Shown here: positions 14,701-26,700 of the stretch, in pieces | Layout: each line of letters starts with the position of its first letter | Numbering within the stretch: position 1 is the first letter of the stretch | Source of the DNA: Mobula hypostoma | Taxonomy: Eukaryota | Assembly (NCBI RefSeq): GCF_963921235.1 | Contig: NC_086097.1 | Coordinates: forward strand, 126,792,001 to 126,856,000 | Reading direction: 5' to 3' | DNA: 64,000 bases | Position numbers and translations under genes: made by a program | The notes under the pieces: generated by a model | Database searches by the model: none | What the model saw: the letters and a program-made list of their open reading frames with translations, nothing else | Told to the model about the DNA's origin: nothing

Positions 14701-17700
14701 TCCAACGGGATCCAACCAATAAGCACATCTTTCCATCACCCCCCCCCCACTTTCCACAGGGATCGCTCCCTACGCGACATCCTTGTCCATTCGTCCCCCC
14801 ATCCCTTCCCACTGATCTCCCTCCTGGCACTTATCTTTGTAAGTGGAACAAGTGCTACACATGCCCTTACACTTCCTCCCTTACCACCATTCAGGGTCCC
14901 AGACAGTCCTTCCAGGTGAGGTGACACTTCACCTGTGAGTCGGCTGGGGTGATATACTGCGTCCGGTGCACCCGATGCGGCCTTCTATATATTGGTGAGA
15001 CCAGACGCAGACTGGGAGATCGTTTCGCTGAACACCTATGCTCTGTCTGCCAAAGAAAGCAGGATCTCCCAGTGGCCACACATTTTAATTCCACGTCCCA
15101 TTCCCATTCTGATATGTCTATCCATGGCCTCCTCTACTGTAAAGATGAAGCCACACTCAGGTTGGAGGAACAACACCTTATATTCCGTTTGGGTAGCCTC
15201 CAACCTGATGGCATGAGCATTGACTTCTCAAACTTCCGCTAATGCCCCACCTCTCCCTCGTACCCCATCCGTTATTTATTTATATACACACATTCTTTTT
15301 CTCTCTCCTTTTTCTCCCTCTGTCCCTCTGACTATACCCCTTGCCCATCCTCTGTTTTCTCCCCCCCTCCCACTTTTCTTTCTCCCTAGGCCTCCTGTCC
15401 CATGATCCTCCCATATCCCTTTTGCTAATCACCTGACCAGCTCTTGGCTCCATCCTTCCCCCTCCTGTCTTCACCTATCATTTTGGATCTCCCCCTCCCC
15501 CTTCCACTTCCAAATCTCTTACTAGCTCTTCTTTCAGTTAGTCCTGACGAAGGGTATCAGCCCGAAATGTCGACTGTACCTCTTCCTAGAGATGCTGCCT
15601 GGCCTGCTGCGTTCACCAGCAACCTTTATATGTGTTGCTTGAAATTCCAGCATCTGCAGATTTCCTCGTGTTTGAGTTAACTGGCATTCCGGGTTCTTTT
15701 TTTGTAATATAGTTTTTATTGAATTTTCAAAAAGAATACATGAAAAAAAAGAATCTGCCCTCCCCCCTCCCCTTAACCCTCCCCCCCATATATAGTCCTA
15801 CCTAAAAAAAAGAAAAGAGCCGCCTGGGTATTGGAAGGTTTCCACATGCTCCATGGGATTCAAAATAAATTTGGTATAATTATTCGTTACTTTCCCCAAG
15901 TGACCAAAGTCTTTATCGGAGCACTTAAATATGCCATCCTATCTTTTGTAAATAAGGGCGCCAAATATTCAAAAATGTTACATATTTATCTCTTAAATTA
16001 TAAGTAATTTTTTCGAGTGGAATAGAACTAGCCATTTCATTATTCCAACGATCCATACTTAAATACGAATCAGATTTCCAAGTAACTGCTATAGTCTTCT
16101 TAGCTACTGCCAATGCAATTTTTATAAATTCTTTCTGATATTTATTCAATTTAAGTTTCGGTTTTATCCCTTCAATATCACCTAATAAAAATAATACAGG
16201 GTTATGTGGAAGTTGAGTTGCAGTAATTTGCTCCAATAAGATTCTTAAATTTATCCAGAAGGGTTGAATTTTAAAACAAGACCAAGTAGAATGTAAAAAA
16301 GTACCAATTTCTTGATTACACCGAAAACATTTATCAGATAGGCATTCCGGATTCTTGTAGCAACCTCTGAGGTCTAGCATTTTCTATGGTTCAGCACCAG
16401 GCTAGGGAGTTTCAACTTGTTGTTTAAAAAAAATATAGCTGAAAAGTCTGAGAGTTAGATAAAGATATTAGGAGAGTTAAAATATTTAAAGAGGTAAACT
16501 TCATTGAACCAATGCTTGTTCTTCCCCTTTTTAAATTTACCAGCTTTCTGAATTGCCATCTTTTTTCCCACTTTGATTGAAATGTGACAGGGGTTCTCTG
16601 GAGATCCAGGATTCTCAGCAGAGGTGAGAGATCTGGAATACGTGGTAAGCTTTTGCAGTCTCAAACTGCATATTCAAGCAATCAATTCACTACAGCGTGC
16701 GACCTGTTTTATGGTTGTTTCTATATGAATCTTGTTGTCATTAATTGAAACAGCATATAACAATTACTAAAGGTAAAGCAAGCCATGTGAAAGAAGACAG
16801 AATTATAGACTGGTAGGATCTGCTTCAGGAGTCAGAAAGTTCATGGACACCAGACTACGTTACCTCTTGTAATTTACTTGAGGAATGTTGAATGGCAAGT
16901 GGGACAATTTAAAGAGCTTTCAAGGGGTGAACATCAACAAGATGGGCTGAAAGGCCAAAGGATTAATTGATTTTTATGAATAATATAGAATTGTTTCACC
17001 CTTTGAAAGGGATACTTACCAATATAACAGGGAACAGGGTTTTCCGGCCCAGCAAACTGCCTATTTAACAATAGCCTAATCACAAGACAATTTACAATGG
17101 CCAATTAACCAACGAACTGGCACGTCTTTGGACTGTGGATGAAACCAGAACACTGGTGACAGGGAGAACGTACAAACTCCTTACAGAGAGCACTGAAATT
17201 GAACATCGAACTGCAGAATGCCCTGTGCTTAGGGCTATGATACTGTGACTCCCAGATCAAGGACAGCTTCTATCCTGCTGTTATAAATTCATTAAACAGT
17301 TCCCTAATACAATGAGGAGGACTCTTCACCTCACAATCTACCTCATTATGGCATTGCACCTTATTTTCTACCTGCACTGCACTTTTTCTGTAACCATAAC
17401 ATTTGATTCTTTTATTGTTTAATATTATACAACCTCTATGTACTGATGTACTGAAATGATGTGTGTGGATGGTATGCAAGACAAGCTTTTTGCTGTACCT
17501 TGGATATATGGAAATAGTAAATCAATTTACCAATTTTCCTATCTCTGTTTTGGAAACTCTATTAAAGGAATATATAATAGTCTAAAGAATATATAATCTT
17601 CCCAACCCAAAACATTGACTGTCCACTTCCCTCCGCAGATGCTGTCTAACCTACTGAATTCTAAGAGCAGTTTGCTTTTTGTCTGGATTCCAGCATCTTC

Positions 17701-20700
17701 AGTATATTATATCTTCCATATAAAATATATTACTGTTTATAAATAAAAAATCTTTACTATGATACTTTATTTTAGAATATCTGAATTAATGGTTAACATT
17801 TCGCAGTGTTTAGATTTCATTGACAAAAGTTGTTAAGCTGTGGAATACAACCAGAGGATTTAGTTTAGAAACTAATAGGAAATATCTTATTCTTGATGTT
17901 TGATTTTTACTAATCAAATCGTCTTCCTAAAACATAACTACTTTGTAAATCAAAGAATACCTGCAGTATGCAATCTACTCATCTAATACAGGTATTGAAT
18001 AAGTTTTGAGCAAACATGGTTAAACCATACTCTTTCAATACCAATGCATCTGATGGTTATTATGAACACTTACTTTAAGTACAATAGAATTGCAGCTGTT
18101 TTACAACTCCAGTACAAGTAATTGACATCATCCTCTATAGTGGCAAGTCTTAAATATTTTGCATATTTTTTCCATTGACTGTCAAAAATAAGTTGCATGT
18201 TCATAGAAAGCTGTTTTTTTTTTAAATCATTCTTTTAGGGATATGCAGTGTCAATAGGGGATAAAGAGGCGCAAGGCAGAAAGGTAAGTGGAGACCTCGT
18301 TATTGAGTCATTAACATTTATGCACCACAGATCTGAATTTGTTTATGCATCTTCCTTTAGGGTTCACCTGGATTTCCTGGAATGCCTGGTAGTGATGGTT
18401 TACCAGGCAAAGATGTAAGCTGAAATTATAAACAAAAAATTTTTAAAGGGAAATATACAAGAGAAAATAAAAAGATCTTATTTTTTGACTTCAGGGCCCA
18501 CGGGGAATACCAGGAATACAAGGGGAAAGCGGGTCAATGGGACCCAAAGTACGTAGTTTCACATGTCTAATTCTGCTGTGTTTTAAATATTTTTAAAGTT
18601 CACCAGTTTAGACCTCTTTGCTAAGTTATTGGTCTATCAGTGGGACTTGCCAGGGAAACATTTTCTGTAATTTGTACCTAGGGGCAGAAAGGTGATCCAG
18701 GATCCAGAGGACCACAAGGCCCACGTGGTTTATCAGTAAGTTATATTTTATTCTGCATTGAATTTTCTGTGACCTTTCTCAATTCCATTTGGCGGCATAA
18801 TGGAGAAATAGTTGAAAGCTCAATAATATTGTTATGAATGAAGTTCTAGTTTGAAAATCAAAGTTGCTGGTGAACGCAGCAGGCCAGGCAGCATCTCTAG
18901 GAAGAGGTGCAGTCAGCGTTTCAGGCAGACCCCTAGTCCTGACGAAGGGTCTAGGCCTGAAACGTCGACTGCACCTCTTCCTAGAGATGCTGCCTGGCCT
19001 GCTGTGTTCACCAGCAACCTTGATGTGCGTTGCTTGAATTTCCAGTGTCTGCAGAATTCCTGTTGTTCTAGTTCGAAAATGTTTGGTGAGACAAGCTGTG
19101 CTTCAGATACTGGAATAGGGTTTTTCCACAATGCCTGGAGATAGGATGTACATGTTTAACAGGAAATTAAACCAGGTATCCAACTTGTCATCTGCACTTA
19201 TTCTTTGTGACCCAATGGACCCTTTCAAACAGTGAGACCTATTGCTGCAGCCATCCCACAAGACAAAATGGTGGATCCTGAGGGCCTAAGGCCGGTGAAA
19301 ATTGAAAATGGAAATCTGGAGTCTGGAGCAACACACAAACTGCTGGAGGACCTCAGTGGTTCAGCAGCATTTATAGAAGGAAATGAACAGCTGATGTTTC
19401 GAGTCGAGACCCTTCATCTGGACTGAAAGATAGAGAGGAGATAACCCTTATAAAAAGGTGGAGCGATGGGAAAGAAAGAGCCAGCAGGCAACAGGTGGGT
19501 CCAGGTGAGGAGAGTGATAGGCAGATGAGAGAGCATCAGAAGCCGATTTAAAATATTGACTTTGTAGTTTTGCAAACAGTTGGAAATCGCGGTGTTATGA
19601 CTGATTAAGGAAATGGTTTTGACCTCATCTGACTACTTTTCTGGAGCTATTTATAGGTGATGTTTTTTGTTGTTATTCACCAGGGGCTAAAGGGTGATCC
19701 AGGTGAACCTGGAATAGCTGGGGAACCAGGATCTCAGGGAGCAAAAGGCCTACAAGTAAGTGGATTTGCCATTCAGACCATTCTAGGTAATAAATCACCT
19801 CTTTTTGTAATATGTATCGATAGTGTTGTTTTTTTTTTCATTACAGGGTGAGCCAGGTGAAATGGGTCCTGATGGTCAGAAGGTAAGACATCTGTATTGG
19901 AAGTGAAAAAAGAAAACTATCAACCAAATTGACCTGGTGTTAAAATAATGGATCAGGTCTTCCAATGGAGTTTTGGCCATCGGGCTTACCTGGGCCACTG
20001 TGGAGTACCCATCTCCCAGACCGTTTGTACCCAGTTGCACAAGAGCATGGTTCTAATAGTGGCTGGATGGCACAGAGATGAAATCCCATCTTTGGAATGC
20101 CACATCCACCTATGGAGCTGGTGATGAAGATTGTAGAATTCAGAGACATTTAAAGTCTTTAAGTCTTTAAATGTGAAGTAAATCATGAAGTAAATCACAG
20201 TGCTCGACCATGGTTTTCAGTCGGGCACCGGACGCTCGGAGAGATTCGGCGGGGGGGCGGGTGCCCAGTGCTTGGCCGGGGGCCATGGTCGAGTGGTCGG
20301 CGACTTGGGCTGGCTCCCCCACCGGACTTAGTCTGGTGAGGAGGGTGTGAGGACACCCAGCAGGACTAAAGAAAAACAAGACCTGACAAAGGGCAGATGA
20401 GCTTCTTGTGAGCCAACGGCCATCTTCCATGGAAGAGATTAAAGCCTCACCAGGTACCTACGGATCGTATGCTATGCACTTAGTTAGAAGAGACATGATG
20501 AACTTGGGGCTGCACCGTGTGCCTGGACCTGCCCAAGGCCTCCGTCTAAGGAAGGGCCAAGCTCGAAGAAGCAGCCGTGGCTGGAGGCCGACACGGCCTC
20601 GGGCTCGAGTTTGGTGGGGCCGGCAGTGGGTGGTGCCAAGGCTGCCAGCGAGAACAAACTGGAGGACAGGCTGTACTCGGTGCCGTCACAAGATCGAAGA

Positions 20701-23700
20701 AGATGGAAGTGCATAGCCGCCAACCCCAGATTCAGGACGGCACCCACTGACTGACTGACTGAAATCATTAAACATTGTTCTAGAATTTAAAAAAAAATCT
20801 AAAAACACAAAGTTGTGAACAGTCAATTGAAGCAAAATAGTGTTTCAAAAACAGTCTCAGTCACTCCTAATTATTTTTCCTGCAGATCCCATTGAAATCA
20901 GAAATGTTTCAGATCTTGTCAGGGCTCAGGAATCCCAGTTGCCACCGAATCTCATGTCAATATCATGCTTGTTCGATCTTGCCAATTTTTATGCTGTCAC
21001 CTATCTTTGGCCAGTTGGATTGCAAGATTATCAGATAATGCTGCTGTGCTATCCGACTTCTGGAGAAATTATTCAGATGAAGTAGACCGTCCATTAACTT
21101 CTTCGTCCCTCCTAACTTTTGGGGAACTGCTGAAATCTGCTACCCTCATAGTATAACTGCGAGTGAAAATGTGAAAAATAGGCCTTGACAGGCACGCTGT
21201 TTGTTCATCACACACTTGGGTAACTTTGGTAGAGAGTTAGCCTTCCTGCAACTTTGTGTGAAGGAACATTCAGGGTTTTATTTTACTGTCTAAAAAAGGT
21301 AACTTTACAATCCAAATCTTCTTATTAGGGTGAGACTGGAACAACTGGAGCCAAAGGAAAATCTGGACACAAGGTATTTTGTATAAGCTGGAAATAAACT
21401 TAATAATTCTGTTTGAAAATTTTCATTTTTACATATATTTATTCTTTTTCTACCTAGGGTAACCAAGGTGATAAAGGTGACAAAGGACAGGTTTGTAATC
21501 ACATTTTCAAGACAGGTACAAACAATAAAAGTAACAGAGAAGAACTATTTACAGCATATTTCTTTTGAGGTATTAATATCGTTCTTTTGATTTTTTTGTA
21601 ATATTTGTTATTGCAACTCTACTATAAGAGAGTAACCATTTAACTTTGAAATCGTCAAGTCGCAAGTAGAAATTGCCTTTTAAACTCACGAGAGAGCGTT
21701 GGCCATCTACTTTTTGCTGTCGGTGTTTCTGCAGCAGGCAACTTCTTTTTTACAAGGTCAAGTTGCTAGCTCGACGCTCAACCCAGCACGGATGGAAAGC
21801 GCGCCTGGGGAGCAAACTGGGTTCGAACTCGGGAGCCTTCGCTCCAAAGTCCGGAGCTGATGCCACTACGTCACCAGCCGGCACAAAGCATATGTCAGGA
21901 GCATAATCCATGCTCTTCACGTGCCTGTATCTGTGCAGATCCAACAACAATTAAGATGCTTGCCTTTATCTAGGATGAAGCAATCTCTTTAATTGGCAAT
22001 CTATTCGCAACTCTGAACATTAATTTCCCAGATGAAACTTCAGTCCAACGCAGTAGCGGCGTGTACCATCTGCAACATGCCATTTGCCAATTATAACCTG
22101 ATAACACGTCACAAACCCATGACCTCTACCACCAAGGAAGTCAAGGCCAGTGGGCATATGGGAACACCTCTACCTGCAGTGTTCTGGTTACCATCAATGG
22201 ATGGACTGCTTGAGTAGTTTCCCAGCCAAATATTCATAGAGTTGTCATGTCTTGTCTCATAGGTGTGGGAAGCTAGTAATATTATCCCTCCAAATCCAAC
22301 CTAGATAACACTGGGCATGTGACTATTCTGGACAAAAAAACAATATCTTACTGTATAAATCAACATCTGCAAAGTTAAATCAGATAAAACCTTACAGCCA
22401 AAGTAGCTGGAGTAGAAAATTAAACACTTAGATAAAGGTTGGGGTGGAGAGGGAGTATTTTGATAATTCAATATGCAGTTTGGATGGCTGCCTCTGATTG
22501 AATTGACTCACTTTCCTCCAGCCCTTGGAGATCAATTTAAGAATGCTCTTTTTCAAATGTTGTCACTTCTTTCTGAAGATGATGGATTCTGTTTCTGCCG
22601 CTGTTTTGTCTAAGTTTTTCTATTTTTCTCTCATCCATGTGTTTATCTAGGAGTCTCATAAATGATACAAATGTTAATGTATCTGCCTCTACCACCACTC
22701 CTAGCCGAGTGTTCCATGCACGTACCTCTCTCGTGTACAAATTTTACCTTTGACATCCCCCTATACTTTCTATCAATCATCTTAAAATTATGCCCCCTTG
22801 TATTAGGCATTTCCATCCTGGGACAGTCACTGGTTCCCCACTTGATCTGTGCCTCTTATCATTTTGTACACCTCTATCAAGTTACCTGTCATCCTCCTTT
22901 GTTCCAAAGAGAAAAGCCTGAGTTTTCTTCATGTAGACATGTTCTAGCTTGTTAGCCTGTTTTACGCTGTTCTTACAAATGTAAAGGCCCCTCTCATTGG
23001 TGAATACTGAAGCAAAGTATTCATTAACAACTTCCTGTACCTCCTGCAACTCCAGCATGTTTCTTCTTCATCCCTGATCAATCCTACCCACACTCTAATC
23101 ATTACCCTGTTCTTCACATACATGTGGAATGCCTTGGGGTTTTCCATAATTCTACTCACCAAATCCTTCCCATGTCCCCTTCTACCTTTCCTAAATCCAT
23201 TCTTAAGCTTCTACCTTGTAACTCTCTAGAACCATATCTGATCCTTGCTTCCTTAACCTTAAGTAAGCTTTTTTTTCTTGACTAGATATTCCACATCTCT
23301 TGTCAACCATGGCTCCTTCACCCTATCACCTTTTCCTTGCCCCAAAAAGGACAAACCTCTCCAGAACCCACGCAAGTACTCTCTTAACAACTGACTCTCT
23401 TCTGTTGTGCACTTCCCTGAGTACATCTATTTCGAGCATATCCTTCCATGGGTACTGAGCAGACAAAAAAAAATCTCTGCTCTCCTTTTCTTACCTGAGA
23501 AGAGAGATCTTTATATTGTATTTACTCACCTGGGCGTTCCTCAGTGCTGCAGAAATTACCCCCATTTCCTGATGAGCTGAGGACAAGAAACACATTCAAA
23601 AATATTTGCAAAATCTTGCTACAAATTTAATCACAGTGCTGTTTATATGTCTGTACATACTGTGTCCTTGTAATCTATCTGCCCATTTCGTATGAAAAGA

Positions 23701-26700
23701 AGAATGAGTTCTGCAACTACACAAAACCATTATTATATAGATCATATTACTGAGACTATTTTTCATGTAATTCTAAACTGGCGGGCATTTCTGGCCCACA
23801 TGCAAACACCAAACAAAAAAGTAGATTAAGCTAAATGAGTAGAAATATGAGTAACTTTTCCTCAATATTTGTATCCGTTACATGGCTTTACACAAATGGA
23901 AAGTCTAACATACTGTATTCATTTACAGGATAGTTTAGTCTTTTGATAATTAAATTGTGCCCTGGAGGCAGTTACATGTAGTAATAGAATTTCATTTTAT
24001 TTGAATACAAGGAGTTGAATTCAGTCAATATGCTGGAGGAAGATGATAAATATACAGTAAATTATTGTAAAGGATTTTTCTTATTGTTCAATCACAGATG
24101 TGATTTATAGTCCATCCCTAATTGCCCCTGAATAGAGCAGGCAGTTAATAGTCAACCTCACTGATGGGTCAGAATGAGTAAGAGTTGCAGATTTCCTTTT
24201 CTAAAGGACTAAAGTATGTTTTTATAACAATGGATAGTTTCAAAGTCAGTTACCCAGGCTTGGCATTTAGAAAGAAATCTTATTTATATAGTTAGTCTTA
24301 AGTTCCCCAGCTGCCATATCTCTAGATCTGTCATTCAGAACTCTGGCTGGTAGTGCAGTAACTTAACCATTATGTTACAGTAATTAAACGGTTTTGAAGG
24401 TTAGATTTTTTAGGATTTTTAACAAGGAAGTGGATACATTTGTTTTGAAAGTTTAAGGAGCTGGCACAGAAGAGAGGAGCCCTGGGGCAGATTAATCACT
24501 GTCATATTGCTTTCTATTGCTAATGACTGGCAGGGCAGATTTGAGGTACCAAGGGGTTTACTCTTTCTTGTGGGATTCAGTGAACAAGAGGGGAGGGATT
24601 GTTCAAGGACAGAAGGTAACCAGATTCCATATTGGAAAATCAGGATTCCAGGATGATGTCTGCACTTATTTGTGGAGAATCTGGCATCAGTCTGATCACT
24701 ATCTTAATGAGACTTAGCACATGAGTTAAAGTCTACACTCATGCCTTTTCCTGACTACTAACATTTTCTAGTAACCTGTTGGATGGCACAGTGCTGTGAA
24801 AGCCTACAAGCTTCTTTGCTCCAATCTATAGCCATGGAAGCAGTCTGAATTTTTCTGGAGCTTTCAGACACTGGGTGACTGCTGCTGCTGCTGGAATGAA
24901 AGCTGCAAGTTTGGCCATCAGATACTACATAGCCATTGGTTCCTGATGTGCAAACATAGCGTCCATGTTATGGGTTGGATGTTCTGTCCCCGGCTTCTGC
25001 ACTCCCCAACACTGCTCCAGCCCCGGGCTTCATTTAGGCCAGAAACAAAATAGTTCCCAACTGTCAGAGGAGAGAGTGGACTGCTGATTAACTGGAGCTT
25101 CATGTGCTCAATAGAAGGCACCTTGAAAGGAAGTAAATAGAAGGACAAGTTCATTAAAGGGACAGAAACTTTAAGGAGATTAAATGTAAAATTCAGATGG
25201 CCGTGGCAAGGCAGAGGTTCAGTGTGCATAGTTGAAATTTGGGGCAGCTGAGAGCAATGTGGGGAATTGGAACTGAACTAAGAATTCAGGGTAGATTTAA
25301 GACAAAGGTTGACAGGAGTGTAGGCATTCCAGTGCAGAAGGTGCACTTTAGGGGGTAGCATCCATTTTGATCTTGTGGGAGCTTTAGACTTGTATTTGAA
25401 TCATAACAAAATGAATTTGGAGCACCCAGGTTCTGTAACCGAGCTAGAAGATCTGTACAGACTCTCAAACTCAGTAGCAGAAACAACAAGATATAAGGAT
25501 CAGGTTTATTATCACTGATGTTGGTCAGTAAATTTGATGTTCTGCTGCATAAGTATGAGACACAAAATACAGTATTGTAACTTAAAAATAGTGAAAAGGA
25601 GGAATAATGTGGTAGCATTCATGGATTTGTGAACTGTTCAAAAATCTGATTGCAGAGGGGAAGAAATTGCTTCGGAATGTATTTCTTCTAAGGACCTTTC
25701 CATATTTCCAAGTCTCCATAGACTTGTTGCTGTAGACTAGAAAATAGATTATCATTTGAATCTGCAGTTAAGAATTCCTAAAGCTATAGGAAGTGTAGTT
25801 AAGAAATCCTAAAGCCCTTTTACAGCTGAAAATGAATAATACAGTAGCAGTAAATGATAAAATGTTCATAGCTGAACTCTACTTATGGTTTGTATATGTT
25901 TTTGACAGCTAAGTTGCAGCAAATCTTTGTTTTAATTTAGCCTGGCATACATGGTCCACCAGGAAGCATTGGAACAGCAGGCAGACGAGGTGTACCTGGA
26001 GTACCTGGACCACCTGGATTCCCAGGGCCTGTAGGAGAGACTGGTGAACCTGGACCAAGAGGGGAGCCGGGGCCTGTAGGAGTACATGTACGTCCAAAAG
26101 CATCTCGCAAGAGCTCTCGGAAAATAAATAGCATTCTGATTAATCTGCCGTCATCAAAGGATAATGTTCAGGCTTTTCCAAGGTTTTCTGATTCCTTTAT
26201 TTTAAAGTATAATATTATTCTTTAACAGTATTTAGGTGCTGAAATAGGGCTGCATATACACACTGCCCTAATCAGTTGACTGGCCTATGCTCAATTTAAC
26301 AAAAGCTCATTTTGGCTTATTTCAAGGAACTCTGCTGCACTTGTCAGATTCTATTTTACATGGAAAATTATTTTACACCTTCTTTAGTGAGTACTCAGTA
26401 ACTATTGCAGCATGGCCAGATTTAACTGATAGCTAAATCTCATTTGATGAACCAATCAGACTTTTTCCCATTCACTTGAAGTACAATCCAGTTGTAGTAC
26501 AAGGTAATTTTTGTTCTGTTAGTAAAGTAAATAATCTCAAATTTAAAAATTGTGGCTCATTAACTATCCATTTTAATGTGGTTGTTTCTTCCCCCCCCCC
26601 CCATTGGCTATTTGTCACTGATTTTTTAATCTTTGATTTTAATCCAGAAAACAAAAGAATCTACCTCCAAAGTTGATCCTAGGATCAAGATTGCCTGTGA

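Noticed and set aside
21810..21882. tRNA gene
   Set aside because: A/B boxes are present, but it is the head of a repeated SINE with no complete cloverleaf.
24580..24616. Possible extra collagen exon ending GQK|gtaacc
   Set aside because: No Gly-X-Y register, and the flanking 33-bp and 147-bp exons already join perfectly.
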